Source: Tetramitus jugosus
Lineage: Eukaryota > Protista > Heterolobosea
DNA length: 64,000 nucleotides
Assembly (NCBI GenBank): GCA_937625935.1
Contig: OW569387.1
Span: forward strand, 124,001 to 188,000
Direction of reading: 5' to 3'
The position numbers and the translations under genes are program-made. Shown piece after piece: positions 22,201-32,192 of this stretch. Under the pieces are notes generated by a model, which saw only the letters and a program-made list of their open reading frames with translations, ran no database searches and had not been told where the DNA came from. Every line of letters starts with the position of its first letter. The first letter of the stretch is position 1.

Positions 22201-22548
22201 TTAAATTTCTTGCTCTTTTGGTTGAGTGCTCTTCATTCCAATATCCTTCTTGACTTCTTCGCAGGTAGGTTCATCCATGGCGTACTGTAGCAGATTCAAC
22301 AAGCTCCACGCCATGTACACCTTGATGTCTTCCGTACAACAGTCCAATCCAGATACTCCACACAACTTAGCATCCACATAGGCGTAGCAATGGCAATGAA
22401 GCTTCACTATCATTTGAACTCGCTCTGGGTACAAGTAGGTCACCTGAGGATAAGCCTCTTTGTAGTACACAATCCCCTTCACCTTCTTTCCCGAGGCTTG
22501 GATTGAGGGTGCTCTAGACTCAGTGAAAAGATTGCTGACTTGTTTCAT
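22201..22548 (-). CDS. Hypothetical small protein or gene fragment
   Basis: 115-aa ATG-initiated ORF; no motif recognised. Confidence 0.3.
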   Translation of the reverse strand: MKQVSNLFTESRAPSIQASGKKVKGIVYYKEAYPQVTYLYPERVQMIVKLHCHCYAYVDAKLCGVSGLDCCTEDIKVYMAWSLLNLLQYAMDEPTCEEVKKDIGMKSTQPKEQEI

Positions 22549-22813
22549 TCAGCTGATACTTCCGACTGGTCATCTCATCCAAATCGAAATCCAAAATACA
22601 TTCAACTTTTTTCTATTGAAGAGGTCGAGCTCACAACATCACAGCTATACCTCTGCTTACTCTAGTGTGCACAATATTTGGATGATTTTTGTCATAGGCG
22701 CAGTGTAAAGAGAGAGATGTTTTTGATTTCAAGAGTAAATGATAACTGTATGATTTACTTTGGTCAACATTACACATCAACAAACACACTTGGTCATCTC
22801 TAGTCTATAGAGC

Positions 22814-23431
22814 TTACTTTTGTTTCCTTTGTGTCAACAGAGCTCTCATCTCTTGAAATCTCTCTTTGCCCATTGTCGTCTCACAAAAGCTACAATCATC
22901 TGGCAAGATGAGTTCATCGTCATCATCATCGTCATCTCCTAAATCATCATATGCATCTTCATTATCGTCATTCTCATCATTTGCTTGCTGTTCATTCCTA
23001 TTGAACACTTGCGCACTACCGTAGTCGTCATCCTCATCTTTCTCATTCGAAGATTCCACGTCGGACAAATACAGCGGACCTTGATTTTTGGCGGCAGACC
23101 ATTTCTCCCAAATTCGATCACAAGGAACAATTGGTTTCCCCAGTTTTTCATTGACGTCATTATGCCGCTCACACATCCAAACGCTCAACGCCTCACGATT
23201 CTCCGCCCGCACCGGAAATTTTCTAATTTGCCGCCTAAAATCATGAGCACAATAAGAACAGGGGAAAAAGTGAGAGATGCCATGAATGAGACGACGCATG
23301 TGAACTTGTTGAACAGGAGTAGGATGAGTGGGGTAGTGTGCAGCAATGGTGTGCATGAAGGCCCATGTGCTTGGACCAAGATTACTAATGAGATTGGCGG
23401 GTGATTGTTGATGATCTTTGTTTGTTGTCAT
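22814..23431 (-). CDS. ERV1: Erv1/ALR FAD-linked sulfhydryl oxidase
   Basis: LGPSTWAFMHTIAAHYP, active-site FPCSYCA and WMCERHNDVNEKLGKP..C; an extra C-terminal CSFC. Confidence 0.93.
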   Translation of the reverse strand: MTTNKDHQQSPANLISNLGPSTWAFMHTIAAHYPTHPTPVQQVHMRRLIHGISHFFPCSYCAHDFRRQIRKFPVRAENREALSVWMCERHNDVNEKLGKPIVPCDRIWEKWSAAKNQGPLYLSDVESSNEKDEDDDYGSAQVFNRNEQQANDENDDNEDAYDDLGDDDDDDDELILPDDCSFCETTMGKERFQEMRALLTQRKQK

Positions 23432-23665
23432 GTTTTGTTGTTGTTTTCTTTTTTGATCAAAAATTTCATTGTTTGAAGGGCGGATAATCTTGCAGAAAAA
23501 ATGCGGAGTTTCTTGGGTTGAGCCTTAATACTTGCATGTAATACAAGTTCTGAACTCTTGACCAGAGGCCTTGACACACTTTCTTAATTTCTTTTCATCA
23601 CTCAGTTCAATTGGATTATGATCATATTTTCTTTCCTTTACGGTTTTTGTTCATTCCTCAGCAAG

Positions 23666-24040
23666 TCATGTCCGTCTCCTCTTTTCCGGCACTTTATTGT
23701 TTGGGTATTCTTCACAAGACCTTTCCATTCGGAATTGCCAAGAGAATGACGAGTCTGCAGCTAGGGCTTCATACTTTGCACGTATCTGTTGCCATTTGTC
23801 TTCATCTCTCATCAACTCCTCAGCTATTTCCTTGTTTTCCTCTAAAGTTGCCAACCTTTTCCTTCGTGGTCCTGGTTTCTTTGACGGGACAGTTGCGGGT
23901 GATTCTATACTGAGTATACTTTCATTTCCGCCTTGAGTTTTTTTGGCAAGAGATTCTTCTGGTTGTGATATACTTGGTTGACTATCCACAAGAAATTTTG
24001 GTTCTAACCTTGTTAGAGAATATTCGAGGTTTTCATACAT
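23666..24040 (-). CDS. Hypothetical protein
   Basis: 124-aa ATG ORF preceded by a CA-rich leader; basic, NLS-like stretches. Confidence 0.45.
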   Translation of the reverse strand: MYENLEYSLTRLEPKFLVDSQPSISQPEESLAKKTQGGNESILSIESPATVPSKKPGPRRKRLATLEENKEIAEELMRDEDKWQQIRAKYEALAADSSFSWQFRMERSCEEYPNNKVPEKRRRT

Positions 24041-24213
24041 GAGTGTTTGTTTTAGTTGTTTTTAGTTGTTGCAGTGCTTAAAAATTTACTGTAAATGTCA
24101 GGCATAGGAGTTTTGTGACACAACGTTGGGTCGCCACAGCCATGATTTCGTTATTCCACATCTATTTAACCATTTTTGGATGAATTTGGATGAGCTGAAT
24201 GTGAACTTTTTGT

Positions 24214-25071
24214 TTATGGTTGAAGTTTCTCTCGTTCTTTCTTGAATTGCATGTATTGGTTTTGAAGACTTATTCTGTCCAAGGGGGGCAAAGATACCAG
24301 AAGCTTTGGCACAGACACTTTGCCATCTGATAATTTCTCAGCTTCAAAAATGAGATCCAACACCACTTTGCTCGGAAGGGTAGTAGTTAGTATGGACATG
24401 TAGTCTTTTGATGGATATCCCAACAAAAGAATGTTGGTCATTACTCTGCAATCTTTGTCCATCGAATACAATTCAAAAGGCTTTGTTATGTCCATTTGAC
24501 TCGATAAAGTTTGCAGTAGGTTAAATAGCTGCACGGTCGCAAAATTGTTCAAACGAGATTCAAATAGCATCTGTAACAGGTCGACATCTACACCATCACA
24601 CGACAAAGCTCTCAGTCCTTTCTTGGACAATAGTATCGCTAAAATTTTAGACACAGAGTGATTAAAATTTGCATGTTGTAGTTCATAGGAAATGTCTGAC
24701 AGAAAAGGCTCTCCATACAAACGTCTTTCATAAGCTCGGCTACATATTGTTCTCATGTCATGCACTGACAGACACCACTCGTCCGTGTCTTGCAACTCTG
24801 TTGCGCAACGAACGTTTCTCTTGATGACTACCAGTAGACATTTCCACATGGACTTGCATTGTTCATCTTGGCTCATTGTTTCATACAGCGACCGGTTCAA
24901 CACAGACAGGTAGAAAATAGTGTGAACTCCTTCAAAAAGTTCCTTGTTATTGAACAATAGTAAATCTTTCCAGACTTCGATATGACACGGCTTTCTGATC
25001 AGGCTGGAGTGTTGGAAAGGCACAAGAAAAGTGCACAGGTTCAATAGAGCATCCACGGGTAGTTGGTCCAT
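24214..25071 (-). CDS. F-box-like hypothetical protein
   Basis: N-terminal MDQLPVDALLNLCTFL and later YLSVLNRSLY...W, a split F-box pattern. Confidence 0.6.
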   Translation of the reverse strand: MDQLPVDALLNLCTFLVPFQHSSLIRKPCHIEVWKDLLLFNNKELFEGVHTIFYLSVLNRSLYETMSQDEQCKSMWKCLLVVIKRNVRCATELQDTDEWCLSVHDMRTICSRAYERRLYGEPFLSDISYELQHANFNHSVSKILAILLSKKGLRALSCDGVDVDLLQMLFESRLNNFATVQLFNLLQTLSSQMDITKPFELYSMDKDCRVMTNILLLGYPSKDYMSILTTTLPSKVVLDLIFEAEKLSDGKVSVPKLLVSLPPLDRISLQNQYMQFKKEREKLQP

Positions 25072-25448
25072 TCGTTTTGTTGTTCTGTGCCTTGAAGTTC
25101 TCGATGAAACTTCAATGGCGAACTTTTAGTAAAAGTTCCCGATTTTCCGCGAGCAAAAGGCCATGGTTATGTGACACTGGCTGTTCGTTCCTCAACTCTC
25201 ATCACTGTGAAAATCTGGAAGAACTGACTCTCAATCTGGCATCCTCGACATCCCACACATCTCACTTGAAGAAACTCTCAAGACTTGTTCTCGATTCTAG
25301 TCGAGCCTAAAGTTCTCATCCTCAAGCCTGTGTTTGGTGAGTGATCCGACGATTACTACTACATTATAAATTATTGAGAACTACACATGAAACTTTATTC
25401 ATGAACATATTTACAGCAGTTGCTCCTTCAGAATCCCAACATCGTTGT

Positions 25449-27032
25449 TTAGGAAATTGGACATAGACGGCCGTCACAGCAGTTGAAGGTATCAGGATTA
25501 TAACAAGCATTTCCACAAAGCAAAGTTCCTTGAGGGCAGAGTCTATTTCCTTCGAAGCAACTGAACTGGAATGGATTGTAACATGCACGTCCACAATGTA
25601 GAGTGCCTACTGGGCATAGTGAAGAGTTGACGCAAGAGTACACTGAAAGAGAGTAGCAATCATTTCCACATGGCAATAATCCTGTTGGACACAGCTTTCC
25701 AGGCTGTGTGAAACAACTGTATCTCGATGGAGAGAAGCAAGCAGTTTGTCCATTGCTCAACGAACAACAGTTTTCTCCTGTAGCGCACAATCGAGTTCTG
25801 TTGCAAGTTGTTGTGCCCAAGTTCAACTGGAACACAAAGAGTGCTCCAGGGAAGTCATTTGGATTTGGAGGTACGACAATAGGAGCTCCGAACCATGTTC
25901 CTGTGGCTTGTCCTGTACTGAAAGCTCCAGCCAATCTTCCACGTGTATTAAAAACGATCTTAAAGGAACGTGTGGTGGTAATTCCCTGTCCAACAAAAAG
26001 ATCATTGATATCAAAGGCAGCGTTGAGTCTAGCGAGTGCTGGTCTTCCGTCCAAATCGATGGCGGATATCCAACATCGAGAGAATGCTGTTGGTAGTGCT
26101 CCACAAGCTACACCGTCGATCGTTTGGAAATCATAAACTTTAAGCAATTGAGGCACACCAGCAGAGTTGATAAATGTGAGGAAGTTAGTTCTTAGTTCAT
26201 TTGGTGGGAAACTCAATGGACCCACGGTCATGTTACTTCCTGTTCCCACAAATAAGCAGTTTCCAGTCTCGTCGATCAGTATTTGAGAAGCAGCAGACGC
26301 GAAGAATATACCTGAGACAGGTTGACTCCAGATGATATCACCAGTAGCATTCAATTGAACAAATTCAAAGAAGAAATTTGGTCCTGACAATGGAAGAACT
26401 CCACAGAAGTTGCCCAAGCTGTTCGATTTGCTAGCAGTGACTGGATCTAATGGTCCAGTAGACACAACAACATTGGTCATGGGTACAGTGGATAACAACA
26501 CACCAGCAGCGTCATAGGTGTTGGCAAATTTAGGACCATTGATGACGCTCACTTCTACTCTAACAAGACCACCAGGTAGCGGTACAGCTCGACCCATTAC
26601 AGAGTTCGCAAAAATCTTCTCCCATTGGAATACTCCATTTGTGTCAAACTTTTGCACAAAGCCATTGGTGAATGTTTGACCAATGACCAAATTACTACCT
26701 GTGATGAAGCTGGAGCCATCGTCAGCTACATCGAACCATCCCACTGGATTGATGGTGTTGGAGGGAGCGTTGACAGTCCATTGAAGTGATCCTGTTGAAT
26801 TGTACTTTAAGATCTGAGCAAGTCCTGCTGTACCGCCAGGTGAAGACACAGTTTCCAACTTCACAACATAGATGTTGTCCTGAGCATCCGATCTTAAAAA
26901 GGATGGTCGAATAACTTGGAAACCTGGATCCTTTGTTACTTCATTGATCCACTCGAGAGACTGAGATTGAATGTAGCCCAATAGACAGAGAACAACTGAT
27001 AAAACACCCAATGCCACGACTGAAGATTTCAT
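25449..27032 (-). CDS. Secreted beta-propeller protein with C-terminal Cys-rich CGxxCYxP repeats (CBM52-like)
   Basis: Signal peptide MKSSVVALGVL...; propeller blades (DAQDNIYV, KYNSTGSLQW, KFDTNGVFQW); four ~25-aa C(G)xxCYxPxxY/FxC...LCP repeats. Confidence 0.8.
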   Translation of the reverse strand: MKSSVVALGVLSVVLCLLGYIQSQSLEWINEVTKDPGFQVIRPSFLRSDAQDNIYVVKLETVSSPGGTAGLAQILKYNSTGSLQWTVNAPSNTINPVGWFDVADDGSSFITGSNLVIGQTFTNGFVQKFDTNGVFQWEKIFANSVMGRAVPLPGGLVRVEVSVINGPKFANTYDAAGVLLSTVPMTNVVVSTGPLDPVTASKSNSLGNFCGVLPLSGPNFFFEFVQLNATGDIIWSQPVSGIFFASAASQILIDETGNCLFVGTGSNMTVGPLSFPPNELRTNFLTFINSAGVPQLLKVYDFQTIDGVACGALPTAFSRCWISAIDLDGRPALARLNAAFDINDLFVGQGITTTRSFKIVFNTRGRLAGAFSTGQATGTWFGAPIVVPPNPNDFPGALFVFQLNLGTTTCNRTRLCATGENCCSLSNGQTACFSPSRYSCFTQPGKLCPTGLLPCGNDCYSLSVYSCVNSSLCPVGTLHCGRACYNPFQFSCFEGNRLCPQGTLLCGNACYNPDTFNCCDGRLCPIS

Positions 27033-27111
27033 ATTGTATACAATAAAGTTGTTTTTGAGTTTTGTTGATTTGGTTCTCATCATCATGATGACAGGCAAGA
27101 TAAGCTATCGA

Positions 27112-27118
27112 TTTTATA
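27112..27118 (-). promoter_or_regulatory. TATA box (TATAAAA)
   Basis: CTATAAAATCG on the minus strand, ~80 bp upstream of the ATG at 27032. Confidence 0.5.
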
Positions 27119-27585
27119 GCCGAGTTGCCGATACAACCAAATCAAGTCGATATCCGATTGAGATTTTTTTCAGATGCGCTCAAAGGATGATTTCAGCTTT
27201 TCACCTGAAAACTATCATTTACAAAATCTATTCGGACAAGTCCTGCATTCGGCCACTTCTTCAGCAGCACTTTGTTGGGTGCATTCAGCAAGATTTAATC
27301 CACTGCATTCAAGTACAAATTCCCAGGAGGGAATCGATGTGATTCCGCACAGACAAAGATAGATTACCCAAGCTTACATTGGTCATCATGCTCACCAGCA
27401 ACCAGAGAAGCTTTCCTTTGTTTTTCGTTCAGTGCGGAACATCTCATCAGGAAATTGAACTTCCCGCCAACAGTCATATTTCAGCGCTTCCCATCATGAA
27501 ATTGACATTCGATTTGAGAGAAAAAAGACAAAGAAAGAGCTTACATTTTTGTTGACGAGTTGAGTACTCTTGTTTTTTGATAATT

Positions 27586-29904
27586 ATGCAACAACACGAT
27601 GCACTTATTCACTACCACAACATCATGTGTGTGGGATTGACTGAACACTTTGATTCTTTGCCCATCTTGCACAAGAACATTCTCAGGAGTACGGTATGTT
27701 TTTTGGCGCCAAATCCAATCGAGCGAAAAATATTTACGATTTTTTCTCGTGTTCATGTTTTTCTGACTGACGCCATGATCAAACAATGAAACAATTAGCT
27801 TTCAGATTTACAAGAGCTATTTGACAAGCATCCGAATGAAACATTGGAATTCTTGAACAGAAAAGACTCGTTCAATCAACGCACAGCACTCCATATCGCT
27901 GTGATCAAGGGAGATTCCTCTGTGGCCATGTTTTTGCTACAAAAAGGTGCGGATATCAATGCAAGAGACAAGCACGGTTACACTGCACTTCACTATGCTT
28001 GTGCCTTGTTGTCTAATCAGAGACAAGTTCAATTGCAAGTCATTGTTGCTCTGCTCTCGTTTCCAAGCATCCAATTGGACATTGTTTCCAAGATACACAG
28101 CAAATCAGTGCTTCATGTGCTGTTGGATTGTAGCAGCGAAGGCAATGATGCTGTTGATCCCAGCTATCTTCAAATTGTCCATAATTTGTTGAAGCAGCAG
28201 CAACAACAAAGTAGAGGTAACATGAAAAAGGTTTTGTCATTGTTAGAGCTGAGAGACGATTGTGGGTACACTGTGTTGGACAGCGCATTGTTCAAGAAGC
28301 AATCTTTGGTTGTTGATTTGTTCTGTTCCTTTAAATCAAGTACAATGGCCAATAATAGGGATCAAAAGGGCGAATATACGATCCATAAGGCTGTTGAATC
28401 AGGTGACGCTCACTTGTTGGCGCAAATTATCGATATTGGAGCAGACGTGAACGCTGCGGACTCTGCAAACAACAATTCTCCCTTGATGATTGCTATTTGC
28501 AACCGTTACAGTGCATGTGTTGACTTGTTGTTGAAGAAGGGAGCGAATGTGTTTTTGTGTGATAAGAAGGAGAGAACAGCAGTGCACTATGCTACATTTT
28601 TGAACAATTTTGATACCGTGAAGTTGCTGCTGAATAGTGCATCTCATTCTACCACGAAACAACAAACTCAACAGCACACAAATCGATCATCAAACACTTC
28701 TATATCTCCATTGCATATCGCAGTCAAGAAAAGAAATTTGAAGATTATCGAGCTGTTGTTAGAGTTGCATTCATCCGAGAACGAGGAATTGAGACAATTG
28801 GCCAATATCTACGCATGTGATTCGAATGGAAGAATAGCTTTTATGGATGCTGCGGGACAAGGACTCATCCCTGTCTTGGATTTACTTTATAATCATCAAA
28901 AAGCAGTGAATCCGTCCGATATTAGCAAGTTGATCAATGCTGTCGACAAGGACGGAGATAGTGCATTGCATTTGGCATCAGAGTATGGACAGGTTTCCAG
29001 TTTAGAATGGCTCGTCAAACATGGTGCAGAAGTGAACAGATTCAACTCTAATAGACAAGATGCTGTGACGAAGGCGTGTCTCGCTAACCAATGGAACTCT
29101 GTTGTTTACTTGCTCCAACAACGAATTGAACCATGCAATGTGTTGAATACATTGTCATACTTGCCATCTATTCACACACAACTGCAAGCCGAGAAACAGC
29201 ACAACAAGGAGTTGGTAGCAAAGAATAAGCAGTTGGAAAAGGAGTTACGAAGTGCAGAAAAAGTATCAGGATTGGTTTCTCCAAGCTCTACATCATCTCC
29301 AGTTACCCCTAACGAACCTGTATCACCGCTCGCCCAAGTTTATGCAGATCGTGGCGAAACCAACGTGCCACAAGGAAAGAAAAAATCGAAAAAGAGAGAG
29401 ATCATGGTGGCAATTATTACTGAAGAAGTCGCGAAGGAACATCCAAAAACCACAAATGCCGATACTGAGGGATTCCAGGAGGTTAAACGCGGTGTAAAGA
29501 GTAGATCTGATGCCAGAAAGAAGAAGGAAAGCCCGGTGACTCCCACCATTGCTCCAATCTCCAAACCAGAACCAATGACTGCTATAATTATTCCTGCACC
29601 AACACCATCACCAACACATGCTTCTCAACATAATGTGCATGTCGAATCCGAGCCACGGCTCACACCGGTTGTATCTTCCGAAGAACCAAAAACTGAAAAG
29701 GCAATCAGAGACGAACCAGTCAGTGTTCCAACACAAGCCAGAGATGAGAAACGCAAGATAAAGACTACAAAGAAACCGAGGACAGTACTTAGAAGTCAGC
29801 ATGTTAGAATTCAAAGCCCATATGATTTGTTGAGCAATTTGGAAGACACTCAAACGATCACTCCAGCAAAAAGCAAGCCCGCCAGAAAAACATCGAAGCG
29901 TTGA
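27586..29904 (+). CDS. Ankyrin-repeat protein with coiled coil and basic tail; intron 27694-27798
   Basis: Many TALH/SPLH...GADVN repeats. A phase-0 GTATGT...CTGAC...TTAG intron links the ATG at 27586 to the long ORF. Confidence 0.85.
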
Positions 29905-29917
29905 TAAATTATAATAT

Positions 29918-31921
29918 TTAACTATTGTTCGACTGCTGTTGTTCTTCGAGATAATCGTACTGTTCATTATCTTCCGAGTACTCATACACTTCAAGACACA
30001 GTGGTGGTACTTCTCTTGTGCAATCATAGCGTTTTGCTATGGCAAGACGATCTATCAACTCATTTGCCTTGGTGCTTCGAGTTCGAGTGACACGCTCTCC
30101 AAGCAAATCAAGTCCATTGTTCTTGGCGGTCACACTGTAATGGGTAGAACAACCATCACAAACCTTGTATACTTTCATCAGAAACTTGGGGTTATTTCGA
30201 TATCGTTTATACCGAATTGGACCGAGAGAAGGTTCCAAGAGCTTAATAATAGGAGGTACGACAATGTGGTCGAACTTTGATAAGTCAATGTCGTCTGAAT
30301 CTTCGACACCCATTTGTTCGAAATCTAGGATCCCAATATGGTAAGAAACGTTGACTGCTGTTGATGTCTCAAACAACTTACCACATGATGGACACGCCAG
30401 ATGAGTTGATATCTTGTTGTCTATCTGGCCCGGAGAGAAGAAGTGATACGTTTCAAGTCTCTTCTTATTCATCATCATTGTTTTTGAATTCTGGGTCGAG
30501 ATGGAAGTCTGACTAGCATCCGTATTTTCGTGTTCACCTTCATTATAGTCCTCTAATAGTATTATTGAGTCATTTTGGGTTGTGGGTTCTTTGGTATTCG
30601 GGTGCTTCTTGGGTTGTTGAAAATTTGCCTTCCAAGCTATACTTCGCAGAAGTCTTTCAGGGTTTGCGAACATAGTGGTCGTAGTAAGAGAATGAAACCA
30701 CTGCAACCATAATCGGTTGTGACAATCTAATTTCATCAATAGCGACATTTCTCGTACTCGATGGTAAGATAGAGTAGAATTTTGAATATGTTTCACAATA
30801 GACTTGCACAATTTCTCAATCTGGGCGCATAACACTGGCGAGATTACTGCAGCGACGAAAGTGTTCGTATTTCCAAAATCGACAGTCATGCGTTCCTTCA
30901 GCGATATATTCTCGTCATCGATTTTGTTTCTGTTCTTTATCTGTTCTACCATGGTACTATGAGGATTCCATTGAACTTTCAACACGGTGTTATACACTCC
31001 TCCCGAATGAAGGAATTTTTGAATGAATCCACTTCGAGCCTCTTTTGTATGCTTTTCTAAAAAGTATCTCAAACTCTTCGAATCAAAGAACTCGGTTGAA
31101 ACATACTTCTCACCCATCACTACATGTTCAAACACTCCATACGCTACGATATTTGTCCTTGTTTCTGTTGTTGGAGATTTACCCTTGTCCATAAAACGTT
31201 TCACCGTCGTTCCTAGTTTCTTCTTTGTGAAGATTCGGTGTATATTATCAGGAGTCACATTGACAGAATTCTTCTTATAGATCCGACCATCTTGTTGAGA
31301 TGTAAAGTACCATTGTGGTTGACTGTATTGCTCATTTTTGAAGCATACAGTATCGGCTAACAGCACTCCAGGACAGCTTTGAAAAGTATCACCCGATGCC
31401 GGCGTACTCTTCTCCCAAAGCATTTCAAACATTGAAGTCATATCCAAGTTTAATGGATCCTTTGATGAACGATTCGAAGGGACGATCCATGGATTTTCTG
31501 TTTCGTCTGCTCTGTGTTTCGCAGGCCTGATATTCCTCAACACTTTCTTACCACTGTTCTTTTTGTTTGGAACATCCATTTCTGTGGGTGACTCTAGATT
31601 GGAATGATTGGCGTCGTTGGAATACGTACCAGCTTCTTTCGATCTCTGATTCTTGTTCATCACCGACCGAGCAGTCATTTTGTACCTTTGTGAGCTAGCA
31701 TTACCAATGTTTTCATTGGAATCAGCTCGATTTCGTTCTGACATCAGATGGCAATCGACCTTACTCTGTACCTTATGTTTCCCTCTTACACTTGTCTTGG
31801 GCATAAGCTTGCTCCTCGCTGTCACATGATGTTGCTCCAATTCTTGTTGCTTCTGAGAGAGAGCCAGTTTGAGCTTAGGAAGCATTGTGGCCGACAAGGA
31901 TTTCGGCTGCTGACAACTCAT
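29918..31921 (-). CDS. Conserved-looking hypothetical protein with two CxxC pairs
   Basis: Long ORF with a globular core (WYFTS..GRIYKK, FIQKF, VQWNP, KLD..NRLWL) plus CPSC and CDGC; start uncertain. Confidence 0.7.
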   Translation of the reverse strand: MSCQQPKSLSATMLPKLKLALSQKQQELEQHHVTARSKLMPKTSVRGKHKVQSKVDCHLMSERNRADSNENIGNASSQRYKMTARSVMNKNQRSKEAGTYSNDANHSNLESPTEMDVPNKKNSGKKVLRNIRPAKHRADETENPWIVPSNRSSKDPLNLDMTSMFEMLWEKSTPASGDTFQSCPGVLLADTVCFKNEQYSQPQWYFTSQQDGRIYKKNSVNVTPDNIHRIFTKKKLGTTVKRFMDKGKSPTTETRTNIVAYGVFEHVVMGEKYVSTEFFDSKSLRYFLEKHTKEARSGFIQKFLHSGGVYNTVLKVQWNPHSTMVEQIKNRNKIDDENISLKERMTVDFGNTNTFVAAVISPVLCAQIEKLCKSIVKHIQNSTLSYHRVREMSLLMKLDCHNRLWLQWFHSLTTTTMFANPERLLRSIAWKANFQQPKKHPNTKEPTTQNDSIILLEDYNEGEHENTDASQTSISTQNSKTMMMNKKRLETYHFFSPGQIDNKISTHLACPSCGKLFETSTAVNVSYHIGILDFEQMGVEDSDDIDLSKFDHIVVPPIIKLLEPSLGPIRYKRYRNNPKFLMKVYKVCDGCSTHYSVTAKNNGLDLLGERVTRTRSTKANELIDRLAIAKRYDCTREVPPLCLEVYEYSEDNEQYDYLEEQQQSNNS

Positions 31922-32192
31922 CTGTCCTTGTTTGATTGAACCAGACCACAACCGTAGACCGTTTCGGAGAATATTTGTGGGAGCAATCGTTCGCTCTCGC
32001 AAAAGAACAATGACCTGTTGTCAAACACATTTAGAAAATTGTTTCGGGTCAAGGAACCATTCTCCTCTCGGTTGTTGTAGGCAGTAACAATCAGAGTCAA
32101 GTTGTTTTGATCTAACCCTTGAACTCCAAACAAGAAACTCCACCAGAAGCGGACTTCTATATCTCCGATAATCCAAAAAACAAGAAAAGAGC

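Noticed and set aside
25200-25310. LRR-like fragment (NLEELTL...LKKLSRLVL)
   Set aside because: Too short and lacks an ATG-led gene; at most a remnant.
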